DNA of 63,741 nt, filler included, from Folioceros fuciformis (GCA_049999805.1; 8 parts of 8 records of this genome joined end to end with filler, not necessarily neighbours in it); one strand, 5' to 3'; positions 48,375 to 60,955 are shown, numbered from the whole stretch's first letter. A program made the numbers and translations. The notes: generated by a model from the letters alone, not told the origin.

Positions 48375-49494
48375 TGGATCGACACAGTTTCTTTCACTGG
48401 CTGAAGTGAAGAGTGCTTTCTCTTATTAAGTTTGTAGACAGCGGGGAGCGAGAGCCGGAGGGCGAGAGGCATTAGCATACAAACTATCCAAATGATTAAG
48501 TGTTGATAAAGAACAAAAAAGGGTCTTTAAATATAGTTTCGAAGTACTATCCACAGAACCCTAACCTAGCCGGTTAGTTGACCAGTGTAGGGTTATCCCT
48601 TTCAACACTCCCTCTTAGCCTAACGGCGTCAACGGATTACGGCATAGAGGGGAACGTCGATACGTTCCGTTCTGTGGAGAAGCGGAAGCGCCATCGCCCA
48701 GCACTGTCGAGCTCCAGGCGCCCAAGATGGGCAGATCCACGACGGAAACCCTCACTGTGGCGGCTCTCCTCGTTGCTCTAGCAGATGGAAGACAGGAGCA
48801 TCAGAGCTGGACGCCATTGAGGGTGGAACAGCTGATCAAATTTGCTGGTTGGGAGGGCAAGTGGTCGATGGAGATCGCCATAGCCAGAGTTAGGCGTGCC
48901 GAAGAAGTCCTCAAGCGATATGCTTCGTGCGAGCATGATACCGGGGATTGGCAACAAGGTCAAGAGCACCAGTATTGTCGCAGAGGATAGGAGTGGGAGA
49001 AAGTTGAGGATGACCAAGATCAGCCAGAAACTGTCGAGCCCACTCTGCCTCCTTGGAGGCTTCTGTAAGAGATTTGTATTCAGCCTCCGTCGAGGACAGG
49101 GCTATTGTCGTTTGTTTCTTGCAGCTCCAACTCACAGATGCATTGGCCAGCAAGAAACAGTAGGTTGACAAACTGCGACGTCCATCACTGTCCGAACCCC
49201 AGTCTGCATCCGTGAAACCAGAGAGATGGAATGTGCCTGTACCACTCCGTTTGTAGAATAACCCATAGGTGTGAGTGCCCTGCAGGTAACGGAAAATTCG
49301 CTTTACGGCGACCCAATGAGGGCGTCCAGGGTTTTCCATAAATTGGGAAGCGGTGCTCACTGCATACTGTATGTCGGGGCGAGTCCAATTTGCCACAAAC
49401 AAGAGACTGCCAACAGCATGCCTGTAAGGGACATCTGCCATATCCTATTTTGCTTCAGTGGTGGTAGGATATTGAGAAAGCGTCAATTTGATGC
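48375..49494 (-). mobile_element. Ty1/copia 3' fragment (RT end, RNase H, PPT, ~233-bp 3' LTR 48375-48607) inserted into the gypsy RT
   Basis: PYRHAVGSLL, TRPDI, GFTDADWGSD, ALSSTEAEY, RTKHI; PPT TAAGAGGGAG followed by TGTTGAA. Confidence 0.85.
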
Positions 49495-49594
49495 NNNNNN
49501 NNNNNNNNNNNNNNNNNNNNNNNNNNNNNNNNNNNNNNTTAATTAATTAANNNNNNNNNNNNNNNNNNNNNNNNNNNNNNNNNNNNNNNNNNNN

Positions 49595-51092
49595 ATTCTG
49601 GTGTTGTTGGTTGGACCAGCTGAACATCAAGGACTGTGGTTAGTGATGCGCCAGAAGGGCCACCCAAGGATCCTACACTGCTAAGATTGTATCTCTCAGC
49701 TCCTGCCAAGACATAGGCACCGCCCGAACATCAACTGGACTATCGCCACAAATGTCCTCACGGCGTTCAAAAAAGTTGAAGTCACCAACCAACAGCCACG
49801 GAATCTGCTCATCAAGCTGCTCACCAAGCCTGCACCAGAGAGTATTCTTGTCGACAGCAGCATTAGGCGCGTAAATATTGCAAATTCCAACCGGACCTTG
49901 AGAAGTTTGTACTACCAGCCACACAAACCTCCCATCCTCATCTTGCCCCGATTCCAGGATGTTATGAGTTTGCTCAGGGTGAATTGTAATGGACACTCCG
50001 CCGCAGGTCGCTGAAACTCGTTGAGAGGGGATTTGACCCCCGCTTGTCTCTCCTGCTCTAGCAGTTGCCCAAACCGTTCTCCCATGAAGAAATATTTTCT
50101 TCACTTTCTGAATATGCTCCAGTGATAATTTATGCTCTTGCAAGCAAACCACATCCCACGTGACTTCCTCTTCGAGCAAATTCTTTAGTGTTCTACACTT
50201 CGACGCCGTCTTTGACNNNNNNNNNNNNNNNNNNNNNNNNNNNNNNNNNNNNNNNNNNNNNNNNNNNNNNNNNNNNNNNNNNNNNNNNNNNNNNNNNNNN
50301 NNNNNNNNNNNNNNNNCCGGACAGCAGACGGCTTGGGCATCCTAGCCCCGGAGACGGGCTTAGGTCGAATTGAATGGCTCTTGGTTTGGAGCTCAAGGGA
50401 CAATCTTTGAAGCCTTTCCGATTTGCGTACAGCAGGAGCAGTCCTCCATTCTTGGCCATCTAAGGGCCCCTCACTCCCACCCAGTGCCGTGAATGGCTCC
50501 CAAGACCTGTCCTTCACCCAAGATGGCTCCAGGGCCCATCTCCACTCTGGAGTAAGTGGAATATTTGGACTACAAACTTGTTTTAACTGGATATCAGCAA
50601 AGAATTGACCTTCCTTTTGATAAATCCCACTGAAAGATGCCACAGCCTTACTCTCCATGCCTAAAGAAACCCCTCCGGCAGACAAGAAGTCAAAAATCTT
50701 CTCCTGCCCTACGTGCAGATGGTGCAGTGTGATTCTAAGGGGTAGTTGTTCCCCCCTATCTTCTATCACCACTAGAAAGGAATAAAGGTCTTGGACCTGT
50801 CTCATAACCATTAGGTTGACCGTAAAGGTTCTGTCTTTCCTCCTTGTTGTTCCGCCCACATTCCTGAGCGCCTGACCACTTGGCAAACCTGATACCTCTT
50901 GTCCTAAGGGAGAGTACCCATCCTGCGCCATCTCAGCCCGTACCAGGTCCTTTTCCAGGGATTTTAATGGGGAGGTGCATCCTTCATCCCCGGAGAAGAC
51001 GGCCTGCACCTCATGCTAGATAGTGTCAACGTCCTCGTCGTCTTTAGCATAAGGGGTGGAGAATAAGTCATCCTCGGATGAGTATACCGCAT
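49595..51092 (-). mobile_element. L1-like LINE fragment (putative ORF1 tail and ORF2 AP endonuclease)
   Basis: VVCLQEHKL, ICNIYAPN, WLLVGDFN, FSWSN; upstream ORF across a gap is unassigned. Confidence 0.8.
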
Positions 51093-51192
51093 NNNNNNNN
51101 NNNNNNNNNNNNNNNNNNNNNNNNNNNNNNNNNNNNTTAATTAATTAANNNNNNNNNNNNNNNNNNNNNNNNNNNNNNNNNNNNNNNNNNNN

Positions 51193-52680
51193 CCAACTGG
51201 GATAACTAACACCACATGAGTTTAGCTCATATAGAGCTCAATAACTCAACATCCTTCCCCTCCTCTCGTAGGTAGATTCCCTACGAGAGTAAGTACCCCT
51301 TATTGCATGCTCTTCCTAGCCCATAGCCGCTTCTCAAGTTCCGATTGCGAGCTTTCCAGGTCCATACTACTATCCTCTTGAAAGTCTGTTGGTAGGGGCA
51401 CTGTCTCCAGGGCCTCACGGTTGTCATCATGTAGCCCAAGATACCTTCGCCTTGCCAATGTTGCCAGCTCCTTGTGATGAGTGAGTAGACGTTGGTGTAG
51501 GTGGAGGTTGCGATTATGTTGAGCTAGATCTATGGTATCCATGTCAACAACCCAATCCCCACCCTCGCATCTACTCTTGTAGATATCCCGTTCAGCCTCC
51601 ATCACCCCTACCTTCAACTGTAGGTCAAGGTTTTCTTGATGAGTTGCATGAAGCTTGGTCCTGTACCTCGTCAAGTAGGCATAGTCAGCACGAAACCTAC
51701 GAGCTCGAACCACCAGCATCCTGTGAATCTTGGTATGGTGCTCAGCTTCTTGTTGTGCTTTCTCTTGCCGAAGGTGTTCTAATTGGATGGTCAATTGTTC
51801 CCTCTCCACTCGCTCTCGTTGCCCTGCTTCAAGGCATTACTGGAGTTCTTGGTTCGCTTTAGCATTTTGTGCCTCCAACTCATCTAGCTTGCCTTGTAAA
51901 TCCTTTGTAAAGTAGACTTGTTCCCGTAGCTTTTCCTCTACCACCTTCCTAGTTTCCTCAGACTGGGTGAGGTCCCTTCGACAGCAATGATCTCATGGGA
52001 TAAGCCTTGTTGGGAAGTCTGCAACGTGGTCACCTACTTGGTCAACTTCTCCAATCCTTGCCTTTGCTCACCATCCTTGAGGAGATACTGTTCTCGCTCC
52101 TTTTCCAATTCCTGCACTTTGGATTCTAGTCGTGCCTGGTTTGCATCCCGACTTATGTTCTCCTGAAGTAGGGTTGCAATCATTGCACGGACCTCTCCCC
52201 AATTGATGTTTTGTAGCTGTTGGCCACACTGAATGATGTTGCTCCACACTCCCAACGAAGTGTCATTACCTTGGTTTGTGGCGTGTGCTCCCCAGGCTGC
52301 CTCCCAATTCATTGGGCTCCTTCTCCCCAAATCTGGTGCTCCACACTGTGCTTGCACTATTGGTGTCATCGCCAAATCCCCTACCTAGTACCCTACTTCA
52401 ACTATTGGCTAGCTTGGTCTAGGATCCCTCATTGTCTCCATCTTAGTTGGGGTGGAATCTAGGGCTATGGGGGTGGTGGCTAATGGTAGCCTTTGGTCCC
52501 TTTGCTGCTCCTTGGGTCTCCATATCAACGGGGTGTCATCTTCATCAGACTCATCATAGGCTGCCATGGTTGATTCGAAATCAAGTGGGGACTCCTTATC
52601 CGTAAGAGGGGTCGACACTCCATCGGAAATAAAAGCCTTCCCCTGCAATAAGACAACTACAAAAGGTTGTTCAGCCTCCT
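51193..52680 (-). mobile_element. Family C element copy 2: C-terminal coiled-coil part of extra ORF, PPT (51252-51267), start of 3' LTR
   Basis: ORF remnants 52409-52680, 52034-52375, 51300-51809; PPT GAGAGGAGGGGAAGGA then TGTTGAG. Confidence 0.8.
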
Positions 52681-54462
52681 TGTGCGGGAAAATATTGCAC
52701 CCGGGGGTGCTGCGAGGTCCACACAAAGCCTCTTTGTCGTTATAGCACTGGGATTCGATCCCAAGGGAATGATTTGTGTCAAATAACACAAGTTTCTTCT
52801 AAAAGTCAGTTACTACCTAGGTTGGACTTCAACTACCCTAGCTCCACTACTTACAGGTTCAACTACCCCTACCTCCGTCCTTGGGCTACCTGACAGACCT
52901 ACTCGGCTACTGGGGTGGGGGTCTCTACAACTACCGACCCTTCAACTACCGAGGTAGGGTCTCAACTACCGGTAGCCGCTTTGGCTACCTCCGTCGTGTT
53001 TCAACTGCCGGTAGCCGCTTCGGCTACCTCCGTCGTCTTTCAACTACCGGTAGCCGCTTCGGCTACCTCCGTCATCTTTCAACTACCAGTAGCCGCTTCG
53101 GCTACCTCCGTGGTGGGTCCCACCCCAAACTCTAACTAATTATTTCCGGCGCAGGCGCCGCCACGGGTTTCCAGCCACGGGTTTCTGCCCTAGACCTTCC
53201 AGACTCACAGAGCTGGGTTATTCCATGCTCCCCACACATGCAAGGGCTGATTCTTGGGGAACAAAGCCTTGCGGATCAGCCACACCTCCCCACTCACTCA
53301 TGCAACACTCCACATACATACAAAACACACATAAGAGCTCTGGATCACAATTATTCTCACAAGCCTGCCCCTAAGGGCTTCAATCTTCAGCAATGTCCAC
53401 CAATCTCCAACAAATCCTTCACAACTCCTCACAATCCCTCACAATCTCTCATGGGTTTCCATAGGCTTCCATAGCCGCTCACAAACACCTCGAAATCTCG
53501 CAGCAACTCTCCCGATTTCGCATCCAATCTTCAGGGTTCTTCCTCCATTCTCTTGCAATCTTCTCAGCTGTTTTCTCCAGCTCTTCAACAATGTCTCCAG
53601 CAATCTTACAGCAACATCAGTAGCCTTCCACAGTCCTCCACAAACATCCAGGGATTCCTAAGAAAATCCCCAGCAATCTCGTCCAAACCTCAGCAAACAA
53701 TCACCCAACAATTTCTCAACGATTTCTCAACAAATCTCCTCCAGCAATCTTCCATGGTTCTCTTCAGTCTTCCAACTCTCTCTCCTCACCAGATTTAGCA
53801 CGCAGCTGATGGTTCAGGGAATAAGGGAAGGAGGAAATCTCCCTCCACTCCAGCAGCAGTGGATTCGTCCCCCTCTTCTCAGCTACAGACAAAAATCAGT
53901 CCTCACTCTCTTCTTCTCAACTCACTCCAGCTCCTCAGCCTCCTTCTCCTCCTCTTCTTACTCACTCTTCTCATGCATTCTCCAACACTTCTTCTTCTCT
54001 CACACACTCTCTTCTCTCACACACTCCTTCTCCTTCTCAACTCACACTCTCTTCAACTCCAGATTAAAAATGCAGTCAACCAACTTAGCGAATAAGAGAA
54101 GGAGAAGCTCTCCCTCCACTCCAGCAGTGGTGGATTCGTCCCCCTCACTTTCCACTGTAAACACAACTGACTGTTCAGGGAATAAGGGAAGAAGGTGCTC
54201 CTTCCACTCCAGCAACTGTGGATTCGTCCCCCTCACTTTCAGCTGTGGAGCAAAAATCCTCAACTACCCCTAGGAGCGTCTCGCACTCACAGCCTCACCC
54301 AAACCTCTCTAGTCTCGCCATGGACAGCGCAGGGGATCTCAACCGGGAGTCTCAAACATTGGCTAATCAGCGAGGCACCGATAGGCCCCTTTTGTACAGA
54401 GTTTCCAAGAGCAGGAGCCACATCCCGTCTTAAATTCTAGCTCTAAAATAGTCAACTTTTAA
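52681..54462 (-). mobile_element. Family B LTR (copy 2), inserted into family C
   Basis: TG at 52681 exactly where homology to 1-397 stops; 39-bp repeats 52962-53110; three ~65-bp repeats 53810-54245; right boundary approximate. Confidence 0.75.
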
Positions 54463-55690
54463 CAACCGTTGCCAACAAGGGTCAACGGTTGGCGAGGGAA
54501 GAAGTATTACGCCTAGGTTGGTGAGGGCGCCAACAAGTCAGAAGGGGAGTATGTAGAGGAAAAAATGTTTGCAAACCCCCTTCCCAAGTGACAGATCTAG
54601 TGGACTTTGGTCTTTTTTGTGAAGTGAAGGAGAAAGCGGCTTAGGTTGAGAATAAACAGGGGTATTTATACACAAGACGTCCTTGGACCATGGGTTTTCG
54701 AGGTGAACTAGTAGTCGGACCAGGTGTCCAGGGGGGCTGGTTGGTCCTTGGGTTTAGGGTTGATATTAGAAATAAGAAGCAACCCCTAGGAGAGGCAAGT
54801 CGTGGACTTAGGCTAGAAAATAAGGATGTTGTGACTCAGCAACTGTAGGGGAAGGTGAATCACCATCATGGAAGGAGGGCTGGTGGTGGAGCTCCAGTGG
54901 GTAGTAGAACTAGAACAACCAGCTAAGTGGAAAACCCTAAGTAAGGATCAGAAGGGTCCAGACGTGATTTCGAAAAGGGAGTGCAATTGAGGAGTCGAGG
55001 AGGGAAAGTGGTGGACGGGACGTGAGTAGAAGACGCGCAACCTGAGCGAAGGGCGGGCAGGCGCAGCGGCTTCTGAGCGAGACAGGGACAGCGCAGGTGT
55101 CGACCAACCAAGGGGAGGCGCGAAGTTGAGAGAAGACTGAGGAAGATGAAGAGCGAGAGAGTCGCTGCAGAGCTGGTGCCGGCGGGCGTGGCCAGGGACA
55201 AAGAATAGGTCCTTGTGCCTCAGGTCGAGGTCGCGCTCTGGCCTAACATGGACCACTGGAGGGCCAGAGCCGGAGGGCTGGTGGAAGAGCTAGGTCTCGG
55301 GTTCATGGCCCAGCGATGGAACCACGCAGCACCTGCCCTGGTGCAGGAGTGTGCTCAGCGCCTGAGAACCCCGGCGAAAGAAGAAGGAATCAGAGGAACT
55401 CCGTAGGATTGGAGCGTCGACCTGGTGGGAACGGTGTATGGGCGCAGCCAGGAGGAGGCAAGAGGACTGGTAATCGAGTCTTTGAAGAAGCACAGCACCA
55501 CGGCAGCAGCGGCGGCGCTGTTCAAGGCAAGAAAAGGGAGAGAAGCCAACGGTTGGTTGGCACGGGAGATGGCGACTGCCCAACTCATGGGGCTGGCTAG
55601 GTGGCTCCTTTGCTTCCTACAGAGCAGGAAGCAAGACTACTTGTCTAACCACATGCATTTGTTCCTGCATGAGGTTCAAGGGCTCGAGGC
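54463..55690 (+). mobile_element. Athila-like 'family D' fragment: integrase C-terminus, internal PPT, extra ORF
   Basis: QPLPTRVNGWRGKKYYA* then AGAAGGGGAGTA-TGT; ORF 55215-55690 with one in-frame TAG, homologous to the family C ORF. Confidence 0.8.
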
Positions 55691-57094
55691 TGGCGGGCGA
55701 GAGGAGGAGTACGACAACTTAACGGGAGGCGAGCACGGCGATAAGATAGGCCATAGTAATTGCATCTTAGAATAGAATACTGTAGGATCTAGATGAGATG
55801 CTTTTCTTGGACCTGATGCCGCTCATAATTAAGAGTGCCCCCTGTCTGCGGACCAGAATTAATGACGGCTGCAGACCCGCCATCGTGTGCAAGAGGCTTA
55901 TTGGCGCCTCACTGAAGCAATGAGAAATCAACGTTCCCAACTCGAGGAAGCTTGGCGACGGCCGCTGCCGAATAGGGAGATCCGGGCAGGTGAGTGCGTG
56001 CGGCGTTCCTAGGTGGTGGTGTGCGAGGTTTCTCTGCTCTACGATGGGTGGTCTCGGGGACGAATCGGGAGGAGGATCCTCACCGAGTGGAAGGCAAACT
56101 TCCCTACTATTCTTGGCAGTTCACGTTGTGTGTTGCAGAAGGAGCAAAGGGGGATGAATCCGCTGACTGCGGAGTGGAAGCAGGGGCACCCACTTCCCTG
56201 ATCCCCTGACATTTCGACTGCTCTCCAAATATCGTGATGAGGAGTGAATCAAGGTGAAGGCGGGCTAGATGTTGTAGCCGCAAAAGGGAGACGAATCCGC
56301 CGATCGCCGAGTGGAGGGAGATTTCATCCCTCCCTTATTTCTCGACTGTCAGCTACCACCTAGTTCTAGCATTGGTGTGAGCGAGTGTTTGAGTTGTGAT
56401 CGTGTGAGAAGGAGAGAAGTTGCGTAAAACGAGCGTAGGCGAGAGCATACAGAACTTTGATAATTGGAATGAATGATAATCTCAATGAAAAAAACGTTTA
56501 AATACTATCCATGTGTCTATTGACCAAACAACCCTAAGTCCACGTAACTTGAATATAATCAATTGTACGTTAGGTTTAAATTCCAAGCTAATACCCCCTC
56601 TTAAACTAACCACAGTGAATTTAAAACTCGAACCCTAAAATGAAGGACTTCCTACGGGGATGTGACAGATGGGCATCACGAGGAACAGACTCTCGCTCGT
56701 GCACGCTTGAAAGTAATCCAGTGGTTGGAGCTGACGATCCAGATTCTACTCTGCAATCAAGGCTGCGACTATAAGAATGGAGCCCCCCCTCGTTGTGCGC
56801 ACCATCAAATCTCAACTTGTGCTCTTCATTTTCACACATCTGTATCTTTTTATTCTCTGATTGATCATGAGGAGAAGGGGCGGTAGGGAAGTTTGAATTC
56901 CTTCTGCAAGGAGGTAGAAGAGGAGTGGAATTGCTGACAACCATCCTGTTGACTTGCAGTCTTCATCAGCAACGAGAACGAAGGCGTTCGCCTCATCAGA
57001 AGTCATGCCTCTGAGTAAAGAGGAAGCAATCAAAGGCTGGGAATGGGAAAACAAACACGTGGTCGGCCAGCATGTGCGCCTGGGGAACTACTAT

Positions 57095-57470
57095 GTGCTT
57101 AGACTAATGTGTTTAGTCTAAGATTAGTGTCCCAATGGGCTTANNNNNNNNNNCAATGGGCTTAGACTAATGTGTTTAGTCTAAGATTAGTGTCCCAATG
57201 TGCTTAGACTAATGTGTTTAGTCTAAGATTAGTGTTTAGTTAAGTATCATTAGTTTAGATTAGCTTAAGCTAATCTATAAGAAGCTTCTTGCACAGCTTC
57301 CTCTGCGCTTCTTGTGAAGCTTCCTAGGGAGTTCTTCTAGAGGGTATAAATAACCCCTTGAGCTCCCTTGCACATTGAGACCTTTTATGACCTCTCTTTC
57401 TCCTCTCCTCCTTGCCTCCTCCTCTCCTCTCCTTCACCATGTAGCTCCTTGTAGCGATCCTACAACAGGG
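57095..57470 (+). mobile_element. LTR-like promoter fragment: 42-bp hairpin tandem repeat, TATAAATA (~57345), CT-rich leader
   Basis: GCTTAGACTAATGTGTTTAGTCTAAGATTAGTGTCCCAATG repeated at least 3 times; termini not identified. Confidence 0.55.
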
Positions 57471-57633
57471 TCTTGTTAGTCAGCTTGAGGGCACTATCAG
57501 AATGATGAACAAGGTCAAGGAGGTGGACTTTGACGACTAAAATAGGTATACAAATGATTAGGTATGTTCCTCACGCTTCATCCATCTAACCCTGTTGTTT
57601 TCTTTTTTTTTTAGCAGAGGAGCACATGTTTCC

Positions 57634-58875
57634 ACCACCCCCCATCGAGATGAGTGACTGTTACTCAAAATAGGCAGAGTAGTCCCTTAGTCCCATGCCC
57701 TCCATATGATAATAATGTTTGTATTTGGGCAACCCTTTTGTTAGGATGTCGGCAGTGTTTTCATCTGTCTGTATGTATTCCAATTTAAGAACACCTCTAT
57801 GACCCACATCTCGTATGTAGTGGTGTTGCACTTCAATATGTTTTGTACGAGCATGAAATTTTGAGCTCTCTACTAACTCAAGGGTTGCGATGTTATCACA
57901 GAGCACGAGAGTGGGCTTCTCCGGCGGCTGTCCCAAATCCTGGAGGAAGTTGTATTCCCGCTTAGCCTCTTTTGCTGCTTCAGTCAAAGATTTATACTCA
58001 GCTTTAGAGGAACTGAGAGCGACAGATGCTTGCTTTTTACAGCTCCATGTAACTGCTGCTGAGCCCTGTAGATAGCAATATGTGGAAAGACTCCTTCGTG
58101 CATCGGAATCCGAGGCCCAGTCAACATTTGTGAAGCCTCTCAAAATAAGTTGCCTTTGCCCTGTGCTCTTGTATATAAGTCCGTATTTATGCATGCCTTT
58201 GAGATAACGAAATATTCTTTTGACAGCTACCAAATGTACTCTAGTAGGATTTTCCTGAATCTGCGAAACTGTACTAACAACATATTGTATGTCAGGTCGA
58301 GTCCAGTTCACAACAAAAATCAGAGACCCAACGGCATGTCAGTAAGGTATGTTCTGCATGTCCAACTTTTCAGCTTGTGACTGTGGGCACTGGTACTTAG
58401 TCAATTTCGTGCTAGCAGCATAGGGAGTGGCAGCTGGCTTGGCCTCATCAAGGTGGAACTTTCTGAGTATCTCATTTATGTACTTGTACTGGTGGATCAA
58501 CAGTAGCCCTTCTTCCCTTACACAAAGCAATTGGATTCCCAAACAAAATCTCAGCTCCTCTATGTCTTTCATGTCGAATCTGTTGTCCTTCACACTTGCT
58601 AATAGCTTTTGGTCATTTGTAGCAAATATAACATCATCCACATAAAGTGCCAGGATGACGATTGATGGTCCTTGAGTGAGCTTGTACACATTGTTATTGG
58701 CTGCATTTTGGACGAAGTCAATACTGAGCAGGTACAAGTGCATTGTAATGTACCAAACACGCCCACTTTGTTTGAGGCCGTATATGCACTTCAAAAGCTT
58801 TAACACTTTGTTAGGATGCTGCTTGTCTTCGTAGGCTTTAGGCTGCAACATGTACAGCTCTTCTTCAAGGAACAA
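57634..58875 (-). mobile_element. Ty1/copia RT-RNase H pseudogene
   Basis: IYGLKQSGRVW, LALYVDD, TRPDI, VALSSSKAEY, RTKHIEVQHHYIR, ADILTKGL. Confidence 0.93.
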
Positions 58876-59204
58876 GTTGTGCGCCTAACTGTCGTATTCT
58901 GCCAAATCGGGCTTCGGGTCATTTTCTGCGTTATTTTTCGTGGCACATATCCAGGATTCATGCTATTTAGTGTTGATTACCCCCAAAATATATGGAACAA
59001 CGGTCACGACGAACTTTGTATTCATCATGTTTACCCAGAAACTAGGCGAAATTGCGGGTTGCTAACAGTAAAATTCTTTGATACTATCCAGTTCCACGGT
59101 TGGTCTGACACTACCGACTGCATGTAGACGGAACGATAATTTTCGAAACTGGAATTATTAGAAATTGAAAAATGTTAAGAGTTCTTCAATATCGCCCATT
59201 TACG

Positions 59205-60470
59205 CATAGACGGAACGAGTGTGCTGGTCTACCGGCACACAGACGGAACGAGTGCGCCGGTCTATCGGCACACAGACGGAAGGAGTGCGCCGGTCTACCG
59301 GCGCACTTCTTGCTTCAGTGCGTCAGTTCAGTGCGTCAGTAGACCGGCGCACTCCTTCAAATTGTGCGCTAAGTAGTGGTGAACACCCAGATTGGGTTTG
59401 GGGAATGTGCAACACAACAATTCAAAATGGTTTAGGGTTAGGCCGGCGCACACATAGGCCGAGTTTGCCGCTCTATATGAGCACCCCCACAAGGGTACTT
59501 ATGAATAGCCAACCACAACTCTCTGCAAACGGTGTTCATATATATGAAGTAAGGTATACATGAAAGTACTTAACCAGTATAGTCTAAGTTTCTGCACGTT
59601 GGTTGTCGATTTTTATCTGGACAAACTTTCTGAAGTCCGGCACCTCTTTCACCTCATGAACGTCCGGCATGGGGGTATACGCGTTCTGCATAACTGTAAT
59701 AATTTTTGGTAAAGTCAAAGCTTCCTTCTGATCGAGTGCCGTTGAAACCTGGAAAACATCTGATCAACCTGGTCGTGTGTATGGCCCACTAACAAGAACC
59801 CTACTTTTATCTTCACGAAAACCCGCATTTCCACTAACATATTCAAATAAGAAAAAAGCAATGCGTTTTTGTTCTCCCGTGTAGTGTTGTCTAGCTGCAA
59901 GTATAGAAATCCAAGTAGTAGGCCGTCGTACTCGTGTATCACGTGCTGAATAATTGATATTGTTAGGTTTGCATCATTTTGAATGTTCCCAAACTCGATG
60001 AAGAGCTTGGGTGTCATAGTCTTGATGTATATCATACACCCTACCACATGCACATTGAGGAGGCCAACTTCCGCCAAATCTTTTGGTACTCAAACGAAAT
60101 GGGGCACCTGAGTCTTTTGTTGATCCATTCCATCTACTCATATCCCAATGTACTTCCCGGGGTCGCCATAACATTTGACCCGATGTTTGATACTTTTCTC
60201 GTGCTCTGCTTTCAATCTATGTCTATGTACCTTCAAGTTAGATTCAAAGCCCTCCACAAAAAACGCATGGAACCTCAAATCAGAATAAGAAGAAATACGC
60301 ACTAATGGTGGGTGTGCACCGGTCGACCGTCACACTTTGTAATGCTCAGTAGAGGGAGTGCACCAGTCTACCGGCGCACCCCTATCATACCAAGATGATA
60401 GAGTGCGCCAGTCAACCGACACACTTATAACACAAGGAGGAAAGGAACTGCACCGGTCGACCGACGCACT
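59205..60470 (-). mobile_element. DNA-transposon relic: Sola-like DDE transposase fragment (~59600-60200) flanked by 22-bp palindromic repeats
   Basis: LYLQLDNTTRENKN...FLLVGHTHDQVDQMFS; GTGCGCCGGTCTACCGGCGCAC-like motif four times on each side. Confidence 0.65.
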
Positions 60471-60955
60471 TGAAATGCCCATAACAAACACACTTTTAAA
60501 ACACTCTTACGTACCTTGCTTCTTCTTATCAGACTCGGATCGTATGTTCCTTTCATGTAGTCGTAGGTAATACATAACGAAAACCTATTGGTCTTTGGAA
60601 TTTGCACTTTGTGAAAATGTGAAGCCCACTACTGATAAAAATAAGAGTAAGACACACTGTACTGTTCCGCTTGTTGCATTTGCCTATTGTACTTTAAAAA
60701 AATTTCCTCTTTCGTGTACGAGTCTGGAAGGTGGTACACTTCGATGTTCAGCATGCCAACTGCTATTAGCAAAAATAATTGATCCATCCAAACACATGCA
60801 GCCATAGCTGATGAAGTATAAAAGCGATGTTATGTTATCGACATGTTAAGTAACCNNNNNNNNNNNNNNNNNNNNNNNNNNNNNNNNNNNNNNNNNNNNT
60901 TAATTAATTAANNNNNNNNNNNNNNNNNNNNNNNNNNNNNNNNNNNNNNNNNNNN

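Noticed and set aside
52962-53110. CRISPR-like array (palindromic repeats; also 59205-59352)
   Set aside because: Units are head-to-tail without unique spacers, there are no cas genes, and the context is eukaryotic TE
55690-57090. Additional element with possible PPT (minus, ~56594-56603) and LTR-like tract
   Set aside because: The terminus reads TA not TG and no coding motif was recognised; not enough evidence
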